Shown: positions 22,301 to 36,521, counted from the stretch's first letter. The stretch: DNA of 47,033 nucleotides from Chlorokybus atmophyticus (GCA_009103225.1 RHPI01000818.1:316911-363943); one strand, 5' to 3'. The notes: a model not told the origin generated them from the letters alone. A program made the numbers and translations.

Positions 22301-25300
22301 TATGCCATACGCGGGAAACAACTTATGTAAAGGCCCACATGATCAGTAAAAGGATAACGCGCAGTGAAAAACTATGGCACACTTGCATACAATGCAGAAA
22401 ACTTACCTGCATAGACGCTGCCTATCTCCCATGTCACTGCTGCAAGCTAAGCACAAGACACACAACAAGCTTGATCAGTTACATAGTATTTGTTATGTTA
22501 TCTTTGAACAAAATATACAATGGAGATGCGCCGTAAGAATTGCTCACATATTAGCTTGAGTCGACTTGCTGTTGCGGTGCGAGGGTCCAACAAAATGCGC
22601 GACAGTTGATTGCAAAGCTTCACGAGCTAAAACAATACGATACTCGACACCCGCATAGTCTCCAAGTACCAATGAGTATCAACGCAATGATAGCTTGACT
22701 GCATTTAATCGGTCGCAGTGACAGCTATTTAATGACATGAGTATCAGCACCAAGAGATTCATCAATAGCTAATGACACAACAAAAGCTTATCAGCAGGAC
22801 CGTGTTTTTTGGCAGTATTGGTCAAAGTTTGTTGTCACTCACTCTTGAGCTTGCGCTTCTGCTTGCTTCTTGGATTTTTATGCCGGAAGCCAGCTCCTCT
22901 ATGGGCATCACGGCACCGCTTGCAAGGCCTTAAAGGACAATCATCCGCCTTGCAGAGTTTATGACCTGCGAGACTACCAGGTGAGCACCGAGAAGATAAC
23001 TTTGCTTGCATCACTACAAGATACGCACCTAAAAGCAAGTGACAATGTCCAGCTGTGGTTTTTTGGTAAACAATTCATTAGGCACCACAGTGCCAAGTGT
23101 GCAATAGATGAGGTCTCACTATAAATGCTCACATTCTGCAAGTTTTCTCCAAGCAACCCCGCATGCAACTGACCAAAGCACGTGCTCCCTGTCGCCTGTG
23201 AAGATAAAAGCTTTGATGGTGGCAACGCGCACGGCACTTATTGCTCGCAACGGGTCACTATCATTGTAATCTAGCACCAACATCATATGTGCAAACCTGC
23301 GGTAGTTCTTAGCATAGCGAAGTGCATGCAGGAACTCAGTATTGGATATGACATGCCTTTTTGCTCCCGCGTTGTACATGCTTTTGCAACACTACTGGCA
23401 GCCAAATGCACTTTTTGTCCATGTCTGCGGGTTGACGGATAGGGTGCATTGCATCCATGGCAAAAGAGTTAGAAGACTCCGCCAGCAACGTGCGCTCAGT
23501 GTCACAAAGCCGACAATCTGGAGGTAAACTTAACACACAAACTCCAAACCCACCTACCTCCATGAAGAGTCAAGGGCGCCAGCGCCAGTCCTTCTCAGCA
23601 CCAGCTGAGGGGTATGGGCGTAGCTGATATGGGCGCCTTAATCTTTAGCTTGAGGGGCAAAAGCATGTGCGCTATCAACAAACCAGAGACGCACAGAGCG
23701 CTGCGTACCAGACTTGATTGGTATTCATCCGTGGATTGACTTGTGCATGTACGGCAGTACATACCTGCAGTTGCAATGCTGGTAGTTAGTCATCACCTGG
23801 TCATATAGCTGCGGGCCGAAGTCGGCTGCATTGCAGATGCACGAATTTGGTGAGAAAGTGCGTATGCAATATAGCCGCTATGTGATAACAAGAAACCATC
23901 AGCACAATATTGCCGGAATAATTGCTAGAAACTGCTGGATAGGCCGATGTGACAAATGTGAGTGGCATACAGACACGCCCGTATACGATACCAAACCCAT
24001 GGCATGCATTGGTGACAAATGCCAGTCACGACTCAACTGGGCTCAACAAATGCAACTTACTTGCAAACAAAATGCACGACGGTCCTTGACACTCTATGAC
24101 CCTGATTAAGTAAGGTTTCCATCTCTCGTTCTGCCATACGACATTGCGAGCGCGCCTGCTCCTTCCCTCCACTTGCTAGAAACGCCCTTTACAGTTCATT
24201 GACAACGCAGTGCCACAACAGTGAGTCGCATGTGAACACGCGCATGTGTATGTCGTGTGCGCAAGAGGTGTATAAATACCTGATCATACAACAAGTTGAC
24301 TTGACCACAACGTGACCTGGAGAGGCAGCTACACTATCTTTAACAGGCGAGACTCGCAATTACGACGTAACACTCACACTTAGACACAAGCTGTAATCTG
24401 CTCGCACGTACACGCCTACTACATACAATTGCCATGCAGTAGCTCTAGCACCTACCTCATTGCCTGCTGCTGCTAGTCTCATATGCTAACTCTTGTTGGC
24501 TGACTCCTCACCACCCCGCCTCCCACCTTCCCCCTTGCGCGCGCACCTTGCCCTATTGTTGGCTGTTGCTGTTGTTACTCACACTGCGGACTGTGTTAGC
24601 TGCTTGCAATTGTGCTTTTGCATGTGCATAGCCCTGCATCAGCCCCGGGTTTAATGACATGCATGCACGCACGCACGCAAGTATGCACATCGCAGACGAT
24701 TTTTCAGGCAATAGCACAAGCCTTTACTATCGCCCTCACGTCGACATCATTTACAAAGTGAGGCAATCAGTGATTGGCTTTAAAACAGCTCCCACCAGGC
24801 AATGCGCCATCCTGCGCCATGCCTCCCTTCGCTTGCCGCTGTTGCGCTGGCACTGCAGAGGCCTGCAGTAGGAGTAACCCATGACAGGACACACCAGTCA
24901 CAAGTTCACGCTAACCCTCCCTCATCTCTCTCTCCCCAGGGGCAGAGATTGCCCTACTGCTGCGGTAGCAGACCAATGCTAACACCTGCTGCACAACCAG
25001 GACACTGCTCGGCGGCGACACCAGGGATTGCAGTGGCGATGGCTGGATGATTTTGCAGCTGGATGAGGTTGTCGCCCCCCACACACCAGCCCATCAACAC
25101 CGACTACACCGCCACCGCCACCACCAAACCACTTGCCCCAATGTAGGTATATATACATAACTTAGTGACGTGTACTGGTGAAGGCAGATGACACGAACAG
25201 GGTCGGTAACGCGCGCTGCGGCTGCTCCCTGAGTGGCGCGGGCGGGCATCGCTGCCAGACACAGGGTGACGCCGACTTGGACTGTTCATCATGAAACAGT

Positions 25301-27075
25301 TGTGTAGTCTGGTCCTGGCTTTGGCGTGGTTTTGCTGGCGGCAGCACTGGCGTAGTTGGTGTTGGTGGGCTGAAACTTGTGGGGCGACAATCTCCAACCT
25401 AGAGACTAATATAATGACTTTTGAATACCATTCAGCCATCAGCGCGATCCCTTACCATCGCCGCCTGAGCCCATTGCCGCAGCAGGCTTGCCATTTGCCT
25501 TGGGGAGGGAGAGGGAGAGATGGGGAGGGAGTCTTGGGGTATGGATGTTGTGTCTTTGCCAAGGGTTACTCCTCGGACCGGCCTCTGCAGTAAAGGCAGT
25601 GCCAGTGCAAAAGTAGTAGCGGCAAGCATGGCGCAGGGTGGTGGCGGGTTGCCTGGCGAGCGCTGTCCCAAACATCATCATCGGTTGCCAATTTGTGGTT
25701 GCTTTGCAAGTGCTGATGGCGTCAGGGGGTTAAGGCTTACGGTGTCGCCGTATCGTGTGTTTTCCTGTACGTAAGCACAAGCGTGCGTGTATGTTGTGCT
25801 TCATCCATAACCAAGTTAGCTTTGTGCCCTCAAAAGAAACTTCATTGCTACAACTTCGCACATTGTCACCCACCAGCATGCATATCATGTGCTTTACAGC
25901 ATCAACATCTGCACGCTGCTTTGCAATGCAAGCTAGGTTGTAAGTGTTAGCCTTTGTTTGGCAACAACGCCACATTGCAGCAATTGGACTATTGCTGCTA
26001 GCTAGCCGCTTGGTGTCGCAGTCTGGCATATGTGCATGGGAGGGCACAACATGTCAGCACGTTATATTTAGCGCATGTAAGGACATAAAGGTCCACTACA
26101 AGCTCTACTACTGGGATGAAAAGCCGCTGACCGAGACACAAATCGTGCACGTCGCGTGCCCCCGCATGAAGGATATCTCCAGTTTCAAAGGTTTGAAGAG
26201 GAATCCTCTCCATGTGCCGGTCAATGTGCATTGCGTCGGAGCCGTTGTCGGAGCAATTGTGCAGCAGCATCAAGGTATTGTGTGCTTTTGCCGCGAGTTA
26301 TTCACATGACTGTTTAACTCAACAGCTTAGCTAATGCGCGTGTGATGTGAGCAGAGCTCCTTCTTCATTTCAACTTGCCTGAAACCATGTACCAGGATCA
26401 CATGCGCTGCATGCGGGACTGGCGGTTTATGTACCATCCTGGCATGGCCTGCCCATCCCCTACAGCTGGCATAATCCCGTTCAGGGCGTCGCCGTGACAC
26501 TCCGCGGTATGCAAGGCATTCGTTCAAGCTTACTAGCTCCCTGTTTGTTATTGTAAGTGGCACACAATCAACTTCACAGACTCGCATTATTCTGACTTCA
26601 CCGTGCAGTGGCAAGTCTTACAGTTGTCGTCCTTGCAGAGTACACGCCAAAGCAACCGCACACACCTTTACCGTTCTACTCATTGCAGTGGATTGATTGG
26701 ATGGTAGTGACTTCGAATGAGAGCCCTCTGCACAGTGCACCGCGCCGAACAATGCGAAACGGTGCAGTTAGTGCACACACCCATGTCCTTCTTTCCCGCG
26801 AGCCCCAAGCAATGAAGAGCTACGAGACTTTCACCCGCCATGGTTTGAGAAGGAGGCGTTGTCGACGTCATCGGCCCCCATGTCAACCGCGCGCAATTGC
26901 GTAACGCAAATCTCAGGCTTATAACAATAGTAGAAACCTGGGGCTTGCGCCGGGCTATGCACATGCAGAACTGCAGTGCATCTGCAAACAGCCAACACAG
27001 TTCGCAATGTGAGTAACAATACCAAAAGCTACCAACAAGAGGGTAGGGCGCGCGCTCGGGGGGGGGGGGGGGGGG

Positions 27076-27174
27076 NNNNNNNNNNNNNNNNNNNNNNNNN
27101 NNNNNNNNNNNNNNNNNNNNNNNNNNNNNNNNNNNNNNNNNNNNNNNNNNNNNNNNNNNNNNNNNNNNNNNNNN
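27076..27174. other. Assembly gap (99 N) flanked by poly-G
   Basis: N run between G homopolymers. Confidence 0.99.
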
Positions 27175-27902
27175 GGGGGGGGGGGGGTGGTGGTGGTGGT
27201 CAGCTAGCAAGAGTTAGCAAGAGTTTTTGATCAGCTTTTAGCAGCTTTGTAGACTGACAGCAGCGAGGTAGGTATGGAATGTGCTGGAGCTGCTACATAC
27301 GTTGTATGTGGTAGGTATGTACATGCGCGCAGATCACAACTTCTGTGCAGGTGTGAGTGGTATTGCTGTAATTGCGAATCTCACCTGCCAAAAGAAGCAG
27401 CTGCCGCTGGGAGACTGCTTAGACAGCGCAAGATCATCTGTGGTCAACTGAACTCCCATGTGGTCAGATACTTACCAAACTACTTGCGCGCATGACATGC
27501 GGGGATATGTGTTGACTTGCAACGCTTTGTTGAAGTACTGATCACCTGCATAAGCTCGCTCGCATTGACCATACTAATCATTCACGGCACTGCCACATGC
27601 ATCAGCAGCGTTTGCCACCGATAATACTCTGCATATGTGCGCATGCTAAACAAACTGAACAACGCAGAAAGCTGAGCTAACTTCTTATCAGACTACAAAG
27701 AAAGACAACTGCACGCTAGCCAGCGGCACAACAGTGCAGCACTGATACGTGTCTCAAGGCACTAGCTCACTACATCAACTTGCTACAACTCACACAGACA
27801 ACTACCAGCATTATCTGGTGAAAATCTAACACAACAAAACCGCCCTAGCCAACCCTCTGTACATCCTAACAGGAACAAACACAACTCAACTAAAACAGCT
27901 CA

Positions 27903-30900
27903 CTACTGGATGGTGAAGCTGAAGGCTGAAGCCTCCACTTGAGTTACTGTCAGCTGCGTCTGCGTGGTGCCCGCCAGTGCGATGGTCACGGACTGCCCGG
28001 CAACCTGAAAAGGAGGAGGCGACACCACCTGGAAAGTGGTGAAAGTGACGCCGTCCGTTGAGTACTGAGCTATGAGCGCATTCTGCAAACAAGGTAGTCA
28101 GAAATATGAACAACAACAACAAAGGACACCGACAACAATGGCAGCAGCAGCAGCAACAGTGAGTATCAATAACATCGATATGGATACACATCATTATCAG
28201 TGGTTGTTATTGTTGTCCTTTGGTGTCTGTGTCTGTAATGTTGGTTGTGTTGGTGTTGTCGGCAGCGCAGGTGCAAGGTGATAGGTGGTGTACCTTGTCC
28301 ATAGATAGTGAGAGCCACACGGGTAGTTTGACGCCGAGCGGTGCGAGGTACGAGCGCGTGAAGCCGTAGTCAGTGCTGCGCGTGGACACGCCGAGATAGC
28401 CCGTGGAGGTGACGTACACGTACGCGCTGGGCGAGTAGGAAGATTGCCCCAGGCGCAGCATCACACCCACCCGGCAGCGGTAGTTGTAGTAACCAATGAA
28501 CTCCACCTTCGCGCCCACCGACACGCTGCTGGACACCGTTCTGTTGGTGTACACCAAACCGATGGAGTCCGCGGTCCCACCAACGCCGTTGCCACCCGGA
28601 GCTGTCATGATGTACTTCTTCCTCCAAGCATCGTAAAACGCACCACCTGGCAACAGCAGAGTGCGCGTGTGCACGAGTGCGAGTGTGCGTGTACACGCGT
28701 GTGTGCGTGCGTCTTTGCATGAACATGTGTGCTGTATTCCTCTAAGGCAGATAGCAGGCCCATGAGAGAGCAACGTGCATTAAGGACACACTGTGTACCT
28801 GGCATGAAGCCTGTTTGGTCGTTCGGACGCATGTTCCTATACTCGAAGCCCGGCAGCATGGAGCCTCGCGTGCCCGGCAGGGGCGTGAGGACGCTGAAGA
28901 AGGCGGTGCAAATGGGAACATTGCAGATGGACTGGATGGGACCGCCCTGCGACCAACCCATGAACTTGAAGGGGACGCCGCGCTTGTCAGTGACGTTCTG
29001 CACAGCAATGGAGTGAGTGTGAGTGTATCAGAGAGTACATGTGTACTTGTGCGTGCATGTACTTGCATGCGTGTCATCCCAGGCAACATCTTGCATTGCA
29101 TGACACACATGTCCATATTTCAATCGAACCTGCGAGCTCAAGAACACACAACACACACGCACGCATGCGCGCGCGTATGTGCGTGAATCACCCCATGAAC
29201 ACAATATTTGACACACGTCCAAATGAGCCAAAGTCCACATGCGCAAGCCAAGTACGTACCCTTGCAGCCGACACTCGGACCGACTTCCCGAGCAGTGTCG
29301 ACACGGTGACGCTCCCTAGTCCTCGCTGGCCATTGGCATAGACTGGCGCTGAGATGTTCCAGCTTCTCACGGTGATGCGCTGTATCTGCGCTGTGGACAC
29401 GCTGACGGTGGAGGCAACGATGACGGTGGAGCCCTGCCCCGCGCGAGGCGTGCCCGCCACGCCGGCCAGACTCGCGGTCAAAGCCACGGGGAGGAACTGA
29501 GGGATTGTACCGATCGTGTCCCAGTCTTGGCCGTTCTTAGACATGTTGGCTTGAATGGTAGTCTGTTGACAACAATGGGAACATGTTGTCAAGTTGAAAC
29601 AGGAGTGCTCATTGCACTGCTATCGCATTCTGTGCACGTGTGCCTGTGTGCATGTGCGTGTGTGTGGGTGCAGGAGTGTAAGTGTGCGTGCGTGCAGATC
29701 TATACACGTCCACATGCACAAGTTTGCGTGTGTTGCAAGATGATGTGTACCTCACTGATGTCGATGCGGAGCCACACTGGCGGGGGCCCATAGAGTCTTG
29801 TGCCTCTGCTGACCGTAATGCCGGATGCGTCGCGGTAGGTCAGTTGTGCTATTCCGTTGGCCGTGATGGACACGTACACGTTCATGGCGTTGGGTGCCGT
29901 GCTCATTCGCACCATGACGCCCGCCTTGGCATTATACGCCGTCGGCGCAATGTAGTTCACGTACGCCACCGCCGACAACAGCTCCGCGGGCGTGACCGTC
30001 TGATACACAAACGTCATCTCATCGGCCGAACCCCATATGTCCTCACCACCCGCACTAAACTTGACCAACCCGTCTTCAAACCACACGCCTGTCGGGAATG
30101 TCCCTCCTATAGGAGCCAGCGCACAGTTCTTTGGGAGGGACCCCACTTCTCCTGGAGACGGCGTGATGATGGTGTAGTACGCCACGTACACGACCTCGGG
30201 CACGTCCACAACGAGCAGCGGCAACGGGTTGTCTTGTGCTGATGTCGCGCCGGGTACATTACCCCAACCCGCAAACTCGAAGGTCAACCCGTCGTATATC
30301 GAGCTCGGGTCAGATATTGTCACCTCCGTAGCGGCGGATATCATTACCGTGGCGCCAATGTAAGCTGGGTAGTATGTCTTGTAGGGGACGGCGCCGCTGT
30401 TGGCGCCGTTGACGAAGACGGGTGCGTTGATGGGAGCCGTGCCGAGACGGATGGTGCGAAGAGAGGCGAGAGGTGGTGGGGGAGAAGGAGGAGGAGGAGG
30501 AGGGGGAAAAGGAGGGGGAGGTGGACCCGCTGCACAACAACAACAGCACAAAGTCCACATGTCAGCAGGCGGGATGGTTGTAATGTTATTACGTCGTCTC
30601 TGTAGCTAAGAGACACCATCAATGAGAGTTGCACAATGTGCTTTCGGTGTGTGCACGCGCATGTGTACGTATGCATGTAAAAGTGTCTGTGTGTATGTTG
30701 GGATCACGCACACACATACCAGGGCGAGGTGGGAAGTACAGCATAGCCACTTCTGCTGGGCGTATGGCGACGGTGTACCGATACGTGTTCGTGCCGACGA
30801 GTGTGGGTCCCACAGCATTCTCCTTCCTGACCGTCCCAACCAGCTTCCCATCAACCGACCCATCATAGGTCTGTCCTCCCCACGTGATACCATATGTGTT

Positions 30901-33128
30901 CCACGAGCTGTCGCAAACAAGACGCTTCACTGGCACCGCGCTGCGTGACTCGGGAAGATCAAAGGACACTTGTACTTGTGGACGTTGGGCGTACGGCGTG
31001 TTGGACAGCGCGTTGTATACGAGTACAACACGCAGGGCGTAGGACCCGTCTGTCGAGTACACGGCCCAGGCTTCGAGCTCAGGAGGTGCGTTGGGATCTG
31101 TGATGGTGAGTTCTTCCACCTTAGCGCCGCTCCGAAGAGTCTCAGCCGCAATTATGGCGCTGTAGTACACGGGACGGACCTGCCACGGGTCGCGCACGCC
31201 GTTCCACACCCTGTACGCGGCGATGAACGGCGTGTAAGCGCCGGTGTTGGTCGTGAGACACGTCATCTCGAAACCGTCCGACGCGAGCATCAGAAGCGAG
31301 TGAACTTCGTGGATGGCAGCCCTGCAAACAACAAGTTTCAGTCCATGTGTACATGTGTGTCACACACCCACACACATGTGCGATTATGAAGTTGGATTGA
31401 ACTGAACAACACCATATCAACTACACGTACGCAAATGTATCGCTGACTCCACCGACACCACCACAGCTAGCGGTGCCGTGCTCCGTGATCCATGCGTGCG
31501 CGTTGACGTTGTTGAGCTTCTGGATTAGCGGGACGAGGTAGGTTGGGTTCTTGGGCCTAGTCATCAAGTCCGTCAGGGTGAAGTTGTAGTCGGGCTGCGA
31601 GCACTTGCCCATCGAATAGTAATGCCACGAAAACGTTGATGACAACCTGTTGGGTCCCGTCATGTACGTGTCGATGAAGCTCTGCTCGAACAAACCAGGC
31701 CACGATCAGGTACACGAACGCAAACACGCGCGCCCGCGGCCACATACCCACATGATGCCACATGTGTGTTGAGCTTACCGGCAGGTAGGGTAGCCACGGG
31801 TGTGTGTATGATGCGGTGATCACGCCGCCCACCCAAATGTCTTTGGGAACGTTTGCCAGAGGGCTACGCATTGTTAACTCGGCGTTGTAGCTCTTTGCAA
31901 AGGATTCGAACACCGCAGCATAGGCAGGGTAACTCCAGTTCACTGCGCACACACAGTGGTGTGAGTCTCTTGACCAACTACGTGTACGCGCAGAAGCAAG
32001 CTACAGTGCATGTAGTGACACACGCGACAGCGTGGCAGTTTCGGGTTGGTTGTATGCATGTTGTAACAGCTCAACTAAGTTGCTATCTGTGTTGCATATA
32101 GCCACAACATACGCATGAAGAGGTTGATACGTTGACATGTGCACTGACACATCATACACACACATCGACTTGCCTGCCGGGTAAGATGAGACGCTGCTTG
32201 CGAGGTAGGGCACCAGATTGGGGTCCTGCCAGAACGTGTCGGGCTCGTTGGCCTGCTCGATGCCAACAATGTTCTCAACGCCCATGCCCTCGAGCAGCCG
32301 CGCCACGAACGTCATGTTCAACGGGAACGGCTCCTGCGGGCACGAGTAACCCAACACCGGCAGCAGCTGAATGCCCGCAACACCAACCAAATCATGCAGC
32401 GCCTGCGAAAAAAGGGTTGAGACACACCCACATTAGCAAGAACACATGTACAAACTAAAACAGACTAAAACACACACCAACACAAGCGCGCGAGCACGCA
32501 CACACACACGAGCACGCACGCGCACATGTATACACACCCATACACACATGTGTGCCACCATGTTTAAGACACAGTACTCACCGTGACGGTCTGTCGTGTG
32601 ACTCGGCTCCAATCTGTCGGGTCCGTGGTGGAGCCCGCCGTGTCGTCGTACGTGACGCCATCCGGGGAGGTGTTCACTCGCAGCACCAGCTTGTGGTTGT
32701 ACTGGTTGAAGTTCTTCAGCAGCTGTATCAAAAAGGGATCTGCACACACACAACAGACCAACATGTTACCCAGCTATACACTACTTATTGTGCACCACTG
32801 AAAAAGCCCCACAGTTATATACCTATTCCGTCTATGCCTGATAGCTTCAGTCCCAACCCCATCCATCTCTGCATCTGGTCATAGAACATGGAGAAGCACA
32901 AGTAGTGGTCTCCAACCTCGGGTGGGAAACCCACCGGTAGTGTTGTGACTGGGATGACAACATTCTGCACACAAAAGAGGGGTTGATATACAATGTACTA
33001 CACCAAAGAGACCAACCAAGCCATCAGCAGACTGAGCATAAACCCACCTGGGCTGAAGCTGATATCAACAGCAGTGCACTTAGTGTGCAGCACAGCGCCG
33101 CACTGCGAGGCCACATTACCCTTCCCAT
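27903..33128 (-). CDS. Secreted glycoside hydrolase family 79 (beta-glucuronidase/heparanase-like), with GH79 C-terminal domain, poly-Pro linker and two repeated beta-sandwich modules; multi-exon
   Basis: Exon 1 (33128-33048) encodes the signal-peptide-like MGRVMWPRSAALCCTLSALLLISASAQ. Acid/base motif IEQANEPD (about 32245), SWHYY, nucleophile region WITEHGTASCGGVGGVSDTFA (about 31480), YTP, and GITWGGQTYDGSVDGKLVG. Introns are rich in GT/CA repeats. Stop TAG at 27905-27903. Confidence 0.8.
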
Positions 33129-36100
33129 GCTACGATCTGCTGCTCGGCGTGTGTAGAAAGATCACACCCGGGGTGCTAGCGCCATTTTGGTGACGAGTCT
33201 GTGGTTGTGTTCTGCCCAACACAAGTTCAGAGAGAAGGTGTGAGGTGTTGGACGGTGCATGCTTCAACGCCAAGCGGGAATGCAGCAGTCAACACTTAAA
33301 AAACTTCTGTGCTACAGAAGAGCTGAGGTGATGGCCAAACAGCTGCATGTGTGATTTATGTGTGCTTGTAGCGACCGCTTTGAAGTGACAGCAAGTGATG
33401 TGACAGTCGGGCTGGTGGAAGAGTGAGTGAGCTGCAGGCACAGCAGCTAAGAGCTCGTCTAGCATGCTCTGCGCAGCCAAGCTCTCAGCTCTAGCTCTAA
33501 GCTTTTCTTCAGAAGGAAAGCTCTTGGCAACACAGTGCGACTGAGGCACGCCCAAGAGACGTACAACCTTGTGTGCTTCTTGAGAGCATGTCTCTCCCGC
33601 AGCACAAGAAAGAGAAGCATTGGACTGCACTAAGTAACTCGATATCGTGCTCAACCCAACACACTTGCCCAACATGCATTGCTGCACACGGCGTGCTGTG
33701 TGCGTGCCGTGTAGGGCAGCAGGTCTGTGCACCCACACATATGCTGCCATGCATGACACCAGGATGCTGCCTTCCACTGCACTCTATGCATGCACTGTTG
33801 CTTGGCTGCCGCAGTACTTCGTCTCTCATTCACCACTCACCAGCAGACGTGGTGTCTCCAGCAGTGGTAGCGCTCACAGCTTTGCATGCACTCACCGTGT
33901 CTCCCAGCCCAGGTAGTCCCTGGCGCCGTTCTCCACGAGGTGAGCAAGGAGGAGGTGCAAGCGGCGGTGGTACAGGCGGTGGGCCTGTGTTTGCGGCTGA
34001 CAGCTGTCCGAGACTTGAGAGATGCTTCTTGGCACACAAGCAGACACCCACCCGAAGGCCCAGTCAACCACCGCCTAGGCCGCCCACCACCGCCGCCTAC
34101 GCCTATTACCCAAGCACACAGCAGAGCTAGAGCTAGAGCAGCAAATGATTCTCCACAGAAGGCTAAGGACGGCAGAGGTAAGCGGAGAGGCCAGCAACCT
34201 TGCAATGCAGTGCACTGGCTCTCTGCCTTGCATTGCATTGGCTTTGTCCGCCGCTCCCGCCTCCTCTCTCACGCACGCGTGCGTGGTGTTGGGAGCGTGA
34301 GGGTGGAGCGGAGCGCACTCCCATGTGTGTGTGTGTTGTTTGGTACGTTAACCACTGCCGCCGCTCACCGACACAGGACTATGCTGCCCCGGATCACGCT
34401 CGCCCGACTAATCGATAATTCCCTAGCTCAATTTGTGTCCACTTTGCTAGTAGGCCTGCCGCCCTCTAAAAGTAGGCCATATCAATGCGTGTCATATATG
34501 CCATGCTCTAAAGTACAAATGCATGAGACGAGGTTGCCTCCTAAGGAAGACGCTTTTTTAGCTGGTACCTGGTACCTGAACGCGAGTCCGCGCACGTGGG
34601 CTCGGCTGCGTGTGCTCACAGCTTAAAATGCATCTCAATTTTTGCTGCTGTTTCACTGCAGGGGACAGGAAGGTGCAAAACATGAGGTAAAAAAGTCCCC
34701 CCCCCCCCCCAAAGGTTTTATCTGACTGGCGTCCCGCCCAAAAACGTGTGCAGGTACCGACCACGTTACTCCACTCGTGACTGGTAGCTTACCTGAGCGC
34801 TGCACCTAAGGGCCGCCTTGCACCGGACATGCGCAGGATATTCTACATAAGTCTGTCTGGCGTTATCCAGTCATAATGATGTAATGTACTGCTGTTGCTG
34901 CTTTTTGATGAAGGTGCTGGTACCAAAGCGGCCGTGATCAGTGCTCGTAAGGCCGGCACGACCAATTGTCCCGAGGATAATATGAATCAGGCCTGTCAGC
35001 TACAGGCCTCAATAACAATAGCCTGTTATTGTTGGCTAGGTCTACCAGCCAATCTATGATAATGCAATGTAGGGCCTAACATGCTTACATGCTACCGGTG
35101 TCTGACGCGAAATTGTGTCATGATTTTGGACGCCTAACACTGCTAAAAGCCGGTAGGAGTCGGCCACGTGCACCGGCGTCGACTCATCTGGTCTCGACCG
35201 AGCTTGCAGTGGTGACCGCTTCATAATACATGGACTCGGTCCACTGCACAGCCGCTGATTGGTTGTTGTCAGCACTTCGCTGTCAAGCGTCAGGATCCGT
35301 ACAGGTAAGGCCTATATCACACAGCGAGGCATATAGGCATATGTCCACGGAGTTACGCAACACGCGCAAATTCTACATGCACGATCGTCATGCAATCACC
35401 AAGTGGTGGTTTGACAGTGCTAGTGGTCACAATTTGCTGCTGCTGGTGGTCATTTTGTCGCGTTGCATGATTGTATCATCAGTATACGTGGGTGTGGGCC
35501 AGTGTATTGCAAACTGTTTGAAGTTTAACGCGACAAAATGCAGATGATGTCACTACCAGATGTGCCCAAGTTGTCCACTCGATGGTGGCATTGAGCATGC
35601 ATGTTTGATATCGTGCAAAGGCCAACATGCACATGCGTATCAGTTTCATATCGGTTTGTTAATTTACAATAATGTGATACATTACTCTTATAGCGATTAT
35701 ACACCGTTGTAAGCAAGTCCTACGTAAACGTACATGAATTCTCTGTGCACGATAGGTCAGTCCCACAACACCTCTTCGATCTCACCAGTCACTGCCTGCC
35801 GTTCTCTGCACTGCACATAGCCGCACTTAGTCACTCTGGTTGTGTAGCTTAAAGCCCCAAGAGCTGTGTAATTGCATACAATGTTCGCTTGAATGGCGTT
35901 GAATTTGCTGCATGTGCTGACTGTGCACGGTGTGAGGTGTTGCTGCACTTGACACAAAGAAATGCACGGTTGCGCATGATTTGTTTTTGCACATGATTTC
36001 TTTTGAGCTTTTAATGAGCTTTTATGCTGAAGTGTATGCTTCAATGCAAAAGCGTTTTGAGATACGCACACTGTTCACAATGGGCTGGCGCAACACCAAA

Positions 36101-36174
36101 CAGTAACAGCACCGTGCATTGCGTATGTCAATGTTGAAGGAGAAGCCATTGCCCACTATGATGGGGAGGACGCA

Positions 36175-36508
36175 TGTAACGGTGTGCTACCTCCATGAAG
36201 GATCCCCGCCCTTATTTAGGATTAAATAAGGGTCCCAACGGGATTATACAGCCTATTAAGCCATATTAGGGCCGTTAACTTATGTTAAGGCCTTAATGTA
36301 GTGTTATTTATCTTTAACATTGATATCGACATGAGACATGAATCTCATGTCGATATCAGCCGCATTGCGGCGCTGCTAACGCGACCGTCATAGCCAGGGG
36401 ATCTTTCGCTTCGGCAGTTGCCCCTGGCGGCGGCGGCGTGGGCAAGGTGGCTGGTGGTGGTGTTGGGGTAGGGGATTAAAGGGAGGAGGGAAACACCCCT
36501 CTCTTACA
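36175..36508 (+). repeat. Chromovirus 5' LTR (334 bp)
   Basis: TGTAAC...CTTACA; direct repeat of 42813-43150. Confidence 0.95.
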
Positions 36509-36509
36509 T

Positions 36510-36521
36510 TGGTATCGGAGC
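36510..36521 (+). promoter_or_regulatory. Primer binding site, initiator-tRNA-Met type
   Basis: TGGTATCGGAGC starting 1 nt after the 5' LTR; resembles the canonical TGGTATCAGAGC. Confidence 0.85.

Noticed and set aside
26680-27230. ORFs spanning poly-Pro/poly-Gly and X runs
   Set aside because: Artefacts of the N gap and flanking G homopolymers.
33289-34626. Several overlapping ORFs upstream of GH79
   Set aside because: No recognisable domain or consistent splice model; cannot support a gene call.
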